Shown here in pieces: positions 1 through 8,258 of a DNA stretch of 29,014 bases. Position 1 is the first letter of the stretch, and each line of letters starts with the position of its first letter. Under the pieces are notes generated by a model, which saw only the letters and a program-made list of their open reading frames with translations, ran no database searches and was not told the DNA's origin. The translations under genes were made by a program, and so were the position numbers. Source of the stretch: an uncultured archaeon (lineage in GTDB: Archaea; Iainarchaeota; Iainarchaeia; Iainarchaeales; CSSED10-239); the NCBI GenBank assembly GCA_964496765.1, contig CAZCAP010000003.1:68954-97967 (forward strand), read 5' to 3'.

Positions 1-54
1 CTTTGGTTGGCACTTATCCTTATCTATGATTGCAATTCTTGTATATTCAGTCAT
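1..54 (-). CDS. ABCE1/RLI-like ribosome recycling ATPase, N-terminal fragment (truncated by window edge)
   Basis: Minus strand from 54 reads MTEYTRIAIIDKDKCQPK, which matches the start of archaeal RLI/ABCE1 proteins (M(T)RIAxxDKDxCxPKKC, first Fe-S cysteine). Preceded by TGATAAATT-ATG. Too short to appear in the ORF track. Confidence 0.8.
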   Translation of the reverse strand, partial: MTEYTRIAIIDKDKCQPK

Positions 55-68
55 AATTTATCAAGTAA

Positions 69-785
69 TTATTTTTTTCTAAATTCAATTCTTTTCCTAT
101 CAAATATATATCCTTCTCTTGGTAAAAATCTTAATTTTAGGCCTGATTTTAAATATACTTCCAGAAGTGATTTCATATAGTTTGTAGTGCCAGTCATCAT
201 TTTGCACATTATTTCAGCTCTTTGCTTTTTTAATTTTGGGTCATTTAAATCTATGTTTTTATTTTTTAATATTAGTTCACGGAATAAATGATTTATTTTA
301 ATTTCTAATGAATCAGGGTTTAATTCTCCTTCTTCGGAAATGATTCGTTTAATTTTTTCAAATAGTTCTTTAGATACTTTCTTTCCAAAAGTTATGTGTG
401 TTGATCCAATTACTTTATCTTTGTTATTAATAATATAAATTGTTTCTGTTTTACCACTATCTTTCAAATATCTCTCCATTAACATATAAATATCTACTGG
501 GGATGGCACAGCACCCTCAAATCTATGTGTGTGCATTTCTTGATTATTTTTTTTATTATAGTCTTTTCTTTTATTGTAAACCTTTCTTAAATATATACAT
601 TTTTTTATTATATCTTCTGTGACTTTAGTGCTTGTTGATTTGTTGGTTGTATTTCCTACTTTTTCTCGTGGATATTTAATCATTAAAGATTCACCTGGAT
701 ATTTTTTAGATATCTTTTCAACTTGTTTTGTTACAGATGGTCTTAATTTATTTTTTAATCTATTTATTGCTTTATGTAGGTGCAT
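69..785 (-). CDS. Hypothetical protein with JAMM/MPN+-like metalloprotease motif
   Basis: 238-aa ORF containing HTHRFEGAVPSPVD, an exact H-x-H-x7-S-x2-D JAMM signature. Lies between rfcL and the ABCE1-like gene on the same strand. Confidence 0.75.
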   Translation of the reverse strand: MHLHKAINRLKNKLRPSVTKQVEKISKKYPGESLMIKYPREKVGNTTNKSTSTKVTEDIIKKCIYLRKVYNKRKDYNKKNNQEMHTHRFEGAVPSPVDIYMLMERYLKDSGKTETIYIINNKDKVIGSTHITFGKKVSKELFEKIKRIISEEGELNPDSLEIKINHLFRELILKNKNIDLNDPKLKKQRAEIMCKMMTGTTNYMKSLLEVYLKSGLKLRFLPREGYIFDRKRIEFRKK

Positions 786-789
786 AACT

Positions 790-2076
790 TTATTCTTCCT
801 TCTTCTTAATAACTCTTTTCTTTACTGGCTTATCTTCACTCTCTGCATTCTTTTCCTTTTTAATCTTAATTTTACATCCAAGATGCTTAAGCTCCTCATC
901 TTCAAACCCAAAATAATTCTGCATATCCTGATTGAATTTATTTGTTCTTGCAATTATTAAAAGGAAAGGAAGATAATCTCTTTTAACAATGTGCTTTGAT
1001 GCATGCACCTTATCTCTTATCTTCTCAACAATAGAATCAGTTAATATTCTTTCTTTCTTATTTCCAGAAAGTGTTTTAAGAAGCGTTGGAAAAACAAATG
1101 GAGAAAAGGATGAATAATCTTCTTTCTCTGTTTTGGAATAGGCAACTCCAATGGTTAAATAATCAAGAACATATTTAAGTAGAATCCATCTACTCCCTCT
1201 GATTCTTCCTTGATAAATATCAGCTTTGCTTAATGCTTCGAAACCAGAAGCAAGGTTTTTAGGATTTTTAAATTTTCTAGGAATATTTTCTTCAAGCCAA
1301 GAAAACAATAGACTCCAATCAATATTTGAATTATCAATTGCATTCTTGGTTTCATAGAAGTCCTTTGGAAAAAATATGCTACTCAATGTTTTAAAAACAT
1401 CCTCTTCTTTCTTTCTGTCTCCAAGAGATTCGACATCCTCTAGATTTATTCTCCCAAACAAGGAAAGAGTCCATAGATCTTCCATCAGTGCTCTTATATC
1501 GTTTTTCGTGTTTTCAACTAGCTTTTTTAATGAAACAAGATCATAATCAATATTCTCTTTTTCACAGATTTCTGTTGCATATTTTAAAATTGATATTTTG
1601 TTTGGTAAATCAAACTTGATTTTTGTACTTTTTTCAAATACAGGTCTTAATTTCTTGTTATCATAGGCATCATTTGCAATTAGAATGATTGGTTGCTTTG
1701 ATTTGTCCATGATTTTGATCATTTCTGTAAAAAAACCAGAATCCTCACTTCCTCTCTTGTCCTCAATTGCATCAACCTCATCAATAAGTATTAATCTTTT
1801 CTTTCCAAAGAGAGTAGTTGAGGTGGTTGCTACGTTAAGAAGGTTGGCTATGGCCTCTTTACCACGTATGTCTGATGCATCTGTGTGATAAAGCACCCAT
1901 CCCATCTCTTTTGCAAGCAATTTTGCAGTTAGGGTTTTACCAACACCAGTATCTCCATATATAAATAAAGTTGTTTTTGGGTCCTTTGCCCAGTATTTAA
2001 TCTCAGTTATGCTCTTTTTGTTTCCTATTATCTCATCCAAGGTTTTAGGAGCATACTTATCAATGAATTTTTGCAT
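790..2076 (-). CDS. rfcL: Replication factor C large subunit
   Basis: FIDKYAPKTLDEIIGN...IYGDTGVGKTLTAKLLAKE (Walker A), LILIDEVDAIE (Walker B), clamp-loader AAA+ layout, 428 aa with charged Lys/Glu-rich C terminus. Confidence 0.93.
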   Translation of the reverse strand: MQKFIDKYAPKTLDEIIGNKKSITEIKYWAKDPKTTLFIYGDTGVGKTLTAKLLAKEMGWVLYHTDASDIRGKEAIANLLNVATTSTTLFGKKRLILIDEVDAIEDKRGSEDSGFFTEMIKIMDKSKQPIILIANDAYDNKKLRPVFEKSTKIKFDLPNKISILKYATEICEKENIDYDLVSLKKLVENTKNDIRALMEDLWTLSLFGRINLEDVESLGDRKKEEDVFKTLSSIFFPKDFYETKNAIDNSNIDWSLLFSWLEENIPRKFKNPKNLASGFEALSKADIYQGRIRGSRWILLKYVLDYLTIGVAYSKTEKEDYSSFSPFVFPTLLKTLSGNKKERILTDSIVEKIRDKVHASKHIVKRDYLPFLLIIARTNKFNQDMQNYFGFEDEELKHLGCKIKIKKEKNAESEDKPVKKRVIKKKEE

Positions 2077-2133
2077 ATATATTATATCTGTGCAAAAGGA
2101 TTTAAAGTTTCTTATTTACCAAAAATATATAAA

Positions 2134-2157
2134 TTAATCTATCTATATATAGATTAA
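2134..2157. promoter_or_regulatory. Inverted repeat TTAATCTAT-ctatat-ATAGATTAA in the divergent rfcL/pcn intergenic region
   Basis: Perfect 9-bp arms (2134-2142 / 2149-2157) separated by 6 nt, upstream of the PCNA start. Confidence 0.35.
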
Positions 2158-2184
2158 AGAAGATATATATAAAAGTGATAAATT

Positions 2185-2901
2185 ATGATTACAATTAAGA
2201 ACACAAACATATTTAAGAAAAGTTTAGAAGCAATTTCTGGAAACATACAGGAAGCAAACATAAGATTTAAGGATGATGGGATATACATAAAAGCAATTGA
2301 TAAAACTCAAATTCTTTTAATTGATTTTTGTATGCCTAAATCCTGCTTCGAATCCTATGTTGTTGATCCTAGTCTTGTTGGTATTAATTTATCTGAATTT
2401 AATAATATGGTTTCACGTTCCTTTGAAAAAGATAAGATTAAACTAGAAATTAAAGAAAACTTTTTAGACATCTATCTTTTAGGCCCAATCCAAAGAAGAT
2501 TTAATCTTCAGTTTATAGATTTAAATGATGAGGAGATCAGGATTCCTGAAATTAAGTTTGATGCTCAGGTTAAAATGAGTGCCTATTTATTTAAAGAAAT
2601 ATTAAAGGATGCAAGCATTGTTTCATCAACAATTACTTTCAAGGTTATTAATGGTAATTTTGTTATTGAATCTGAAGGAGAAAAAGGAAAGATCCAAACT
2701 GAGGTTTGTAAAGCACAAATGAAATCAAAGAAACAGCTTGCTGTTAAGTTCTCACTATCATTCCTAAAGAACATAACAAAGACAATTGATAACGATGTTG
2801 AGCTTGTTTTGAAGTTTTCAGAAGATGCTCCTTTATATTTAGAGTATAATTTAGATAAGGATGTAAAGTTAAACTATTATTTATCAAGCATGCTGATATA
2901 A
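2185..2901 (+). CDS. pcn: DNA polymerase sliding clamp (PCNA)
   Basis: 238 aa with PCNA-like features: FKDDGIYIKAIDKTQILLIDFCMP, VGINLSEFNNMV, and C-terminal DVKLNYYLSSML. Confidence 0.9.
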   Translation: MITIKNTNIFKKSLEAISGNIQEANIRFKDDGIYIKAIDKTQILLIDFCMPKSCFESYVVDPSLVGINLSEFNNMVSRSFEKDKIKLEIKENFLDIYLLGPIQRRFNLQFIDLNDEEIRIPEIKFDAQVKMSAYLFKEILKDASIVSSTITFKVINGNFVIESEGEKGKIQTEVCKAQMKSKKQLAVKFSLSFLKNITKTIDNDVELVLKFSEDAPLYLEYNLDKDVKLNYYLSSMLI

Positions 2902-2908
2902 AAAAATA

Positions 2909-2946
2909 GAAAAGGATAAAATTATTTATATCCTTTCACTTTTTTT
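2909..2946 (+). terminator. Hairpin plus T-run between convergent pcn and lonB (possible bidirectional terminator)
   Basis: AAAGGATA (2911-2918) pairs with TATCCTTT (2929-2936), followed by CACTTTTTTT. Overlaps the extreme 3' end of the lonB CDS. Confidence 0.4.
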
Positions 2947-4808
2947 AATAGCTCTGTTTTTTCTTTGCAGTCTTTGAATACTACATTTATTACTTCCCAA
3001 ATGTTTTTAACAGGAATAATCTTTATTTTCTTTTTATCTTCATCAGAGAGAACAACATCATCCTTGTTTGCAAAGGGTATGATTACTTCTTTTATTTTTG
3101 ATGCTATTGCTGCTCCTATCTTTCCTGTTACTCCACCAACAGGAAGAACCTCTCCTCTAATTGATAATGAACCAGTCATTGCTATGTCCTGCTTGATTGG
3201 AACATTTTCAAGTACAGAAATTACTGCGCTTGCAATTGATATGGATGCAGAGTCTCCTTCCACATCATATGTTTGTAGAAATTGGATATGTATATCATAG
3301 TTTGCAATGTCCTTTCCAGTTAGCTTCTTAAAGATTGCAGAAACATTTGAAACTGATTCTTTTGCAATTACTCCTAGTTTCCCTGTTGCAATTATTTTCC
3401 CCTGGGATTTTGAATGAGCTGGTGTTATTTCACATTCAATTGGAAGCAGAACTCCAGCATCTGCATTTTCTCCAACAACTGCTAGTCCATTAACTCTTCC
3501 AAGAAGTGCACCACTGGTCTTAAATATATCATAATCTTTTTTAACTTCCATCATTTTGGATACCATTTGTTGTTCAAGTGAGCCTGATGATTTTTTAGCT
3601 TCGAGAACTTCTGCTTGAGTAACCAATGTTTTTCCTTTCTCAACAGCAATATCTCCTGCGGCTCTAACAAGTCCACCAAGTTCTCTTAGCTTTAAAGTTA
3701 AATGGTTTTTTCTACTTGCTTTCTTTCTTGCTTCAAATATGATTTCTTCAACAGCGTCCTTTGTAAAGTGAGGTATTTTTGTGTCCTTTGTAACCTCTTG
3801 AGCAACAAATTGTGCCATCTTATTTCTATTTTCAATTGTATCAGGAACATCTAGGTTCATGTGACATTCATAACCTGAACCCCTTATTCTTGATCTAATT
3901 GCTGGATGAACTCTGTTTAAATCTTGGTAGTTACCAGCAGCAACTAATATGAAATCACAGGGAGCAGGAGTTGTTCTAACCATTGCTCCACTTGACATTT
4001 CTGATTGACCAGTAATAGAATATTTTTTTTCCTGTAATATTGTTAATAGTTCTTGTTGTGATTTTGGAGAAAGCGAAGCAATTTCATCAAGGAAAAGTAC
4101 CCCACCATTTGCTCTATGAATCATTCCTGGGACTACTCTTAGATGAGCAGGAGTTCCAAGTCCCCCAGATTGGAGCGGATCATGAAGAACATCTCCAAGT
4201 AATGCACCAGCACGAGCACCAGTTGCATCAATAAATGGAACATGTTTTTGTTTAGCATTATCAATTAATAATTTAGGGGTTAATACTTTTTGCTTAGGAC
4301 CTAACTGGGATGATACTCCGGTTACAACCATAACAAACCCTGATAAAATTAAAAGAGCAGCAAACACAATATCAGAATACCATTTCATTTGCCAAAATAC
4401 AATTGCTAGTATAAGAAATGCAAAAGGAAGAAGAAATCCAAGTATTCTTCCACCCCCATTTTCTCTTGATGCCTGAAGAATTGCTTGATCAACAATTTTT
4501 TTACCATCACCTGCAGATGATTCTTTAATTATAGGTGTGTGATTATCTTCTGGGTTTGCATAAACTAGAAGGTCCTTTAACCTATAGGGTGGTAGGATTT
4601 CTGCAAGAGCAGAAGCAATCATTGATTTACCAGTTCCTGGTGCACCAATAAGCATAATGTGTCTTTTCTGCTTAGCTGCTTTTTTAATAAGTTCAACAGC
4701 AGAATCTTGGCCAATTACCTGGTCAATTAATTGCTTTGGAACCTGTATTTCGCTTGTATTTTTATATTCAAGTGCTTTAACTTCTTTTTTCTTATCCATA
4801 CACATCAT
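2922..4808 (-). CDS. lonB: Archaeal LonB membrane-anchored ATP-dependent protease
   Basis: Walker [14 protein letters not shown]; hydrophobic segments [15 protein letters not shown] and [16 protein letters not shown] inserted in the AAA domain; [10 protein letters not shown]; protease serine context [16 protein letters not shown] and lysine context [16 protein letters not shown]. Confidence 0.95.
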   Translation of the reverse strand: MMCMDKKKEVKALEYKNTSEIQVPKQLIDQVIGQDSAVELIKKAAKQKRHIMLIGAPGTGKSMIASALAEILPPYRLKDLLVYANPEDNHTPIIKESSAGDGKKIVDQAILQASRENGGGRILGFLLPFAFLILAIVFWQMKWYSDIVFAALLILSGFVMVVTGVSSQLGPKQKVLTPKLLIDNAKQKHVPFIDATGARAGALLGDVLHDPLQSGGLGTPAHLRVVPGMIHRANGGVLFLDEIASLSPKSQQELLTILQEKKYSITGQSEMSSGAMVRTTPAPCDFILVAAGNYQDLNRVHPAIRSRIRGSGYECHMNLDVPDTIENRNKMAQFVAQEVTKDTKIPHFTKDAVEEIIFEARKKASRKNHLTLKLRELGGLVRAAGDIAVEKGKTLVTQAEVLEAKKSSGSLEQQMVSKMMEVKKDYDIFKTSGALLGRVNGLAVVGENADAGVLLPIECEITPAHSKSQGKIIATGKLGVIAKESVSNVSAIFKKLTGKDIANYDIHIQFLQTYDVEGDSASISIASAVISVLENVPIKQDIAMTGSLSIRGEVLPVGGVTGKIGAAIASKIKEVIIPFANKDDVVLSDEDKKKIKIIPVKNIWEVINVVFKDCKEKTELLKKVKGYK

Positions 4809-4925
4809 TATTTTTGTTTGTTATTATTATTTTAAAATTAGAGCTAGAAATTATATAATCATTCATTTCTATAAATATTACTTAATAAAACATATTAAAA
4901 ATATATTTATTGCTTTAATATTTAT

Positions 4926-5849
4926 ATGCCTGACAAACTTAAACTACATTATCTTGGAACTAGTGCTTCATCTCCAACTAAAACTAGGAGCTTAACCTCT
5001 CTACTTATCAATTATAGAGGTAAAAATTATTTATTTGATGCACCAGAAAACGTGCAACAGCAAATTATGAAAATTGGAGAGAGTATAATTAAGATTGATA
5101 GCATATTCATTAGTCACCTTCATGGTGACCATTATTTTGGGTTGTTGGGATTATTATCAACCATGCAATTAAATAATAGAGAAAATCCAATTAATATTTT
5201 TGTTCCCGCTATGCAAAAAAGAAATCTTACTGAATTTCTAAAGGGCGCAAGATTAAGAACAAAATTTGAAATTAAGGTAAATGAGCTTAAAGCAAATAGT
5301 ATACTTAAATTAGATGATTTAACAATTACGGGAGTTGCATTGTCTCATTCAACTCCAACTTTAGGATATGTATTCAAGATTAATGATAAGATTGGAAAAT
5401 TTAATAGAGCAAAGGCAATCAAGCTTGGAGTTCCAGAGGGTCCACTTTTTAGAAAGCTACATGAAGGAAAATCAATTAAAGTTAATAAAAAAACAATTAA
5501 ACCAAGAGATGTTATTGATTATTCTTTTAAAAAGATTGGAAAGAAAATTGCATACTTAACGGATACAGAGCCACTTAAGAACACCCCAAAGATATTACAA
5601 AATATAGATATTCTTGTTCATGAATCTACCTTTGGTCCTGAATTTGCAACTCAAGCAAAAGAAAAAAAACATTCCCAAATAATTGATGTGATCTCTTTTG
5701 CAAAAAAAATAAAAGCAAAGAAAACAGTTATTGTTCATTATTCTCCAAGATATAAAGATAAGAATGAATTAAATAAACATCTAATCAAGAACAAGAATGT
5801 AATAATTGCAGATGACCTTTCATCAGAAACTATTGAAGATTATAATTAA
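4926..5849 (+). CDS. rnz: Ribonuclease Z (tRNA 3' endonuclease)
   Basis: LGTSASSPTKTRS N terminus, FISHLHGDHYFGLLGLLSTM zinc motif, AYLTDTEP, VHESTFGPE, HYSPRY. Confidence 0.93.
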   Translation: MPDKLKLHYLGTSASSPTKTRSLTSLLINYRGKNYLFDAPENVQQQIMKIGESIIKIDSIFISHLHGDHYFGLLGLLSTMQLNNRENPINIFVPAMQKRNLTEFLKGARLRTKFEIKVNELKANSILKLDDLTITGVALSHSTPTLGYVFKINDKIGKFNRAKAIKLGVPEGPLFRKLHEGKSIKVNKKTIKPRDVIDYSFKKIGKKIAYLTDTEPLKNTPKILQNIDILVHESTFGPEFATQAKEKKHSQIIDVISFAKKIKAKKTVIVHYSPRYKDKNELNKHLIKNKNVIIADDLSSETIEDYN

Positions 5850-5868
5850 TTTTAATGTGATATTGTTT

Positions 5869-6573
5869 ATGCCTCCAAAAATAAATTTACCTGGTCTTAA
5901 GTTAAGAAAGAAATCTTCTGTACATGCGAGAGTAATTGATGAACAAACAGGAAGAAGAAAAGTAGATGCGGCAATCTGTGAATCTACACTAAAGCGCTTA
6001 CGCTCGTCCTATTCTGAAGGTTGGAAATATAATGGAGAGATTGTTGCCCCTCCTGAAGAGAAAGCATTAATAAAAGATCTTCTCAAATTAAGAAAACAGA
6101 ACAATAAAATCAAGAAGCCCATTGATACCTTGATTCTTGGTCCAGGAGATTATGGGGCCGAAATTAATTTTATTAAAAATAAATTGTTTGATATGAAGAA
6201 CAATGTTGATTCTTTAGGTTTAACTAATTCTCTAACTGGAAATGCAAGAGAAGAAGTTAGGAATCATTATTATTCTGAAAAATTAGAACGAAATGATTTC
6301 TTTGAACACATGAATCATCTAAAATTATTAAATAAATATAATTATATTTATTCTAGTGTTGGCCCTGGTTTGCATACATTATATCCAGAAATAGTGCTTT
6401 TAAAAGTTGCAAGCCTTTTAAAGGTTGGCGGTTTTGCAAGAATAGATGTGCTGTCTCATAACAAGAAAAATATCCTAACTAACATACGTGAATATTTAAT
6501 AAATAAAGATGTGATCCAAGATTTAGAATTAAAAGTTGATGGGAGATGGATATTAATTAAACGTTTAAAGTGA
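5869..6573 (+). CDS. Rossmann-fold / SAM-methyltransferase-like hypothetical protein
   Basis: ORF opened at 5806 by a TTG; ATG at 5869 preceded by GTGAT is the better start. Glycine-rich DTLILGPGDYGAEINF and later LLKVASLLKVGGFARIDVLS resemble class I methyltransferase topology. Confidence 0.6.
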   Translation: MPPKINLPGLKLRKKSSVHARVIDEQTGRRKVDAAICESTLKRLRSSYSEGWKYNGEIVAPPEEKALIKDLLKLRKQNNKIKKPIDTLILGPGDYGAEINFIKNKLFDMKNNVDSLGLTNSLTGNAREEVRNHYYSEKLERNDFFEHMNHLKLLNKYNYIYSSVGPGLHTLYPEIVLLKVASLLKVGGFARIDVLSHNKKNILTNIREYLINKDVIQDLELKVDGRWILIKRLK

Positions 6574-6575
6574 AT

Positions 6576-7268
6576 TTAACAATGCTTATATCCTTTTCCA
6601 GGAGCAAGAACAACAGTTTTTATTTTATAATTAGTATCATCTAATTTATATTTGATTTCCTGTGGATTTCTTTTAATGTCTTCAAATGTATTATAGTGCA
6701 TAGGAATCAAAACATCTGGCCTCATCTTCTTTGCTACTCTGATTGCAGTTCCCATGTCCATTGTTCTTTTTCCACCAATTGGAAGAAGTGCTATATTAGG
6801 TCTCATTTTCTCATGATCACGTGTCATTAGAGTATCCCCAGCAAAATAAATTGTTTTACCATTCTTACTTTTAATTAAATAACTCAGTGGATAAAAAGAA
6901 GTTGGATGATGTGCTGGATATGCACAAAAAGAAATATTATGAACTAATTTAGTTTCAAATTCATCTATTGGAACTTTATTTTGATTAGGTGTGTCTATCT
7001 TATTTAATATGCTGTGATGTGCAATTATTTTTGGATTAAACTTTTTTGTAAGATAATTTATACTATCAAGATCAAATGCATCCATGTGTTCATGACTAAT
7101 CAAAATAGAATCTAGTTTTTTAATATCACTTGATTTATAGGCACAGGGAATTAATCTTTTGTATTGTTCAAGTGATGTGTTTCCAAAATAAGGATCTGTT
7201 AGTATTTTTTTATTGTCAATGTCCATTAAAAACGAAGAGTGTCCAAGATATTTAATGTTTATTCCCAT
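6576..7268 (-). CDS. UPF0173-type metallo-beta-lactamase-fold metal-dependent hydrolase
   Basis: KYLGHSSFLMDIDNKKILTDPYF, SHEHMDAFD, YPAHHPTSF, YFAGDTLM, PMHYNTF. Confidence 0.85.
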   Translation of the reverse strand: MGINIKYLGHSSFLMDIDNKKILTDPYFGNTSLEQYKRLIPCAYKSSDIKKLDSILISHEHMDAFDLDSINYLTKKFNPKIIAHHSILNKIDTPNQNKVPIDEFETKLVHNISFCAYPAHHPTSFYPLSYLIKSKNGKTIYFAGDTLMTRDHEKMRPNIALLPIGGKRTMDMGTAIRVAKKMRPDVLIPMHYNTFEDIKRNPQEIKYKLDDTNYKIKTVVLAPGKGYKHC

Positions 7269-7407
7269 ATTAATATTAAGGAACCATCTTTTATTTAAAT
7301 ACTTGCTGTTAGAAAACTTTTTATATTTAATGATATGTTATTTAAATGTATTTGTATATATACTATAGTATTACTATGTGGTTTCGTTGCTAAATTGAGG
7401 TTAACCT

Positions 7408-8211
7408 ATGAAAAATAGATATATTTTAAGCATAATCTTAACTTTGTTGTTTATTGTATTTATTTTACCACCTATTAATTCAGCTAAACTTGGAAACTAT
7501 GATATTTCTATTTTTTTAGATTCTCCAAACTCAGCACATGTTGTTGAAAATTGGTACATTGAATATAATTATTTAAATCTCAAAGATTTAGAGCAATTTA
7601 AAACCAATATATTCGAAGCTAGTCTTGATCCATCACAGTTAGTTGCCATTGATCCAAATTTAAAGCCCCATATTTATATTTCTAAAGCACCAGTTTTTTC
7701 AATTAGATTTGATGATATTAAAAATATAGTTACATTGGATTACATAATAACTGATCTTGTATTAATCAATTATTTTGAAAATAAAGATGAGATACTTTGG
7801 CAATTTAATTCAAACCTATTAAATTTATTTGTATTAAATGATTTATATTCCATTTCAAAGGACTCAGATATCACAATTTGGTTCTATGATCCATTAATAA
7901 TTGATGATCCTGCTCCTGGTAAAATCAGTGATAGGGAAATATATTTGTCAGGATTTTCTTCAAATCAATTAAAAATACTTGCACTAGAAATAAAACCACC
8001 AGAACCAAGTTTTATTGCATTAAATGTATTTAAAGATATGAGTCAAAAAGGACTTTATAATTATTTAATAATTATAGCCCTATTAATTATAATTGTTTTA
8101 GTATTTAGAAAGAAATTAAAGTCTTACTTTAAAAAATTTGTTATCTCGAATTCAGTAATTGAACCAAAGAAGGTAAGAAAGGACTTCTTTGATGATGATA
8201 TTGACGAATAG
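7408..8211 (+). CDS. Exported/membrane-anchored hypothetical protein
   Basis: N-terminal signal-like IILTLLFIVFILPPINSA, C-terminal transmembrane segment YLIIIALLIIIVLVFRKK, cytoplasmic charged tail. Confidence 0.7.
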   Translation: MKNRYILSIILTLLFIVFILPPINSAKLGNYDISIFLDSPNSAHVVENWYIEYNYLNLKDLEQFKTNIFEASLDPSQLVAIDPNLKPHIYISKAPVFSIRFDDIKNIVTLDYIITDLVLINYFENKDEILWQFNSNLLNLFVLNDLYSISKDSDITIWFYDPLIIDDPAPGKISDREIYLSGFSSNQLKILALEIKPPEPSFIALNVFKDMSQKGLYNYLIIIALLIIIVLVFRKKLKSYFKKFVISNSVIEPKKVRKDFFDDDIDE

Positions 8212-8258
8212 GTTATTCAAAGTTTGTTTGATTTGATAATAAAATTGTGTGATATATA

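Noticed and set aside
2965-3300. Antisense ORF on + strand within lonB (and similar antisense ORFs such as 440-622, 619-960, 8294-8623, 19849-20355, 26804-27214)
   Set aside because: They overlap strongly recognisable genes, carry no recognisable domains, and are expected shadow ORFs.
5806-5868. N-terminal extension MQMTFHQKLLKIIINFNVILF of the methyltransferase-like ORF overlapping rnz
   Set aside because: It relies on a TTG start inside rnz, whereas ATG at 5869 is preceded by GTGAT like other genes in the window.
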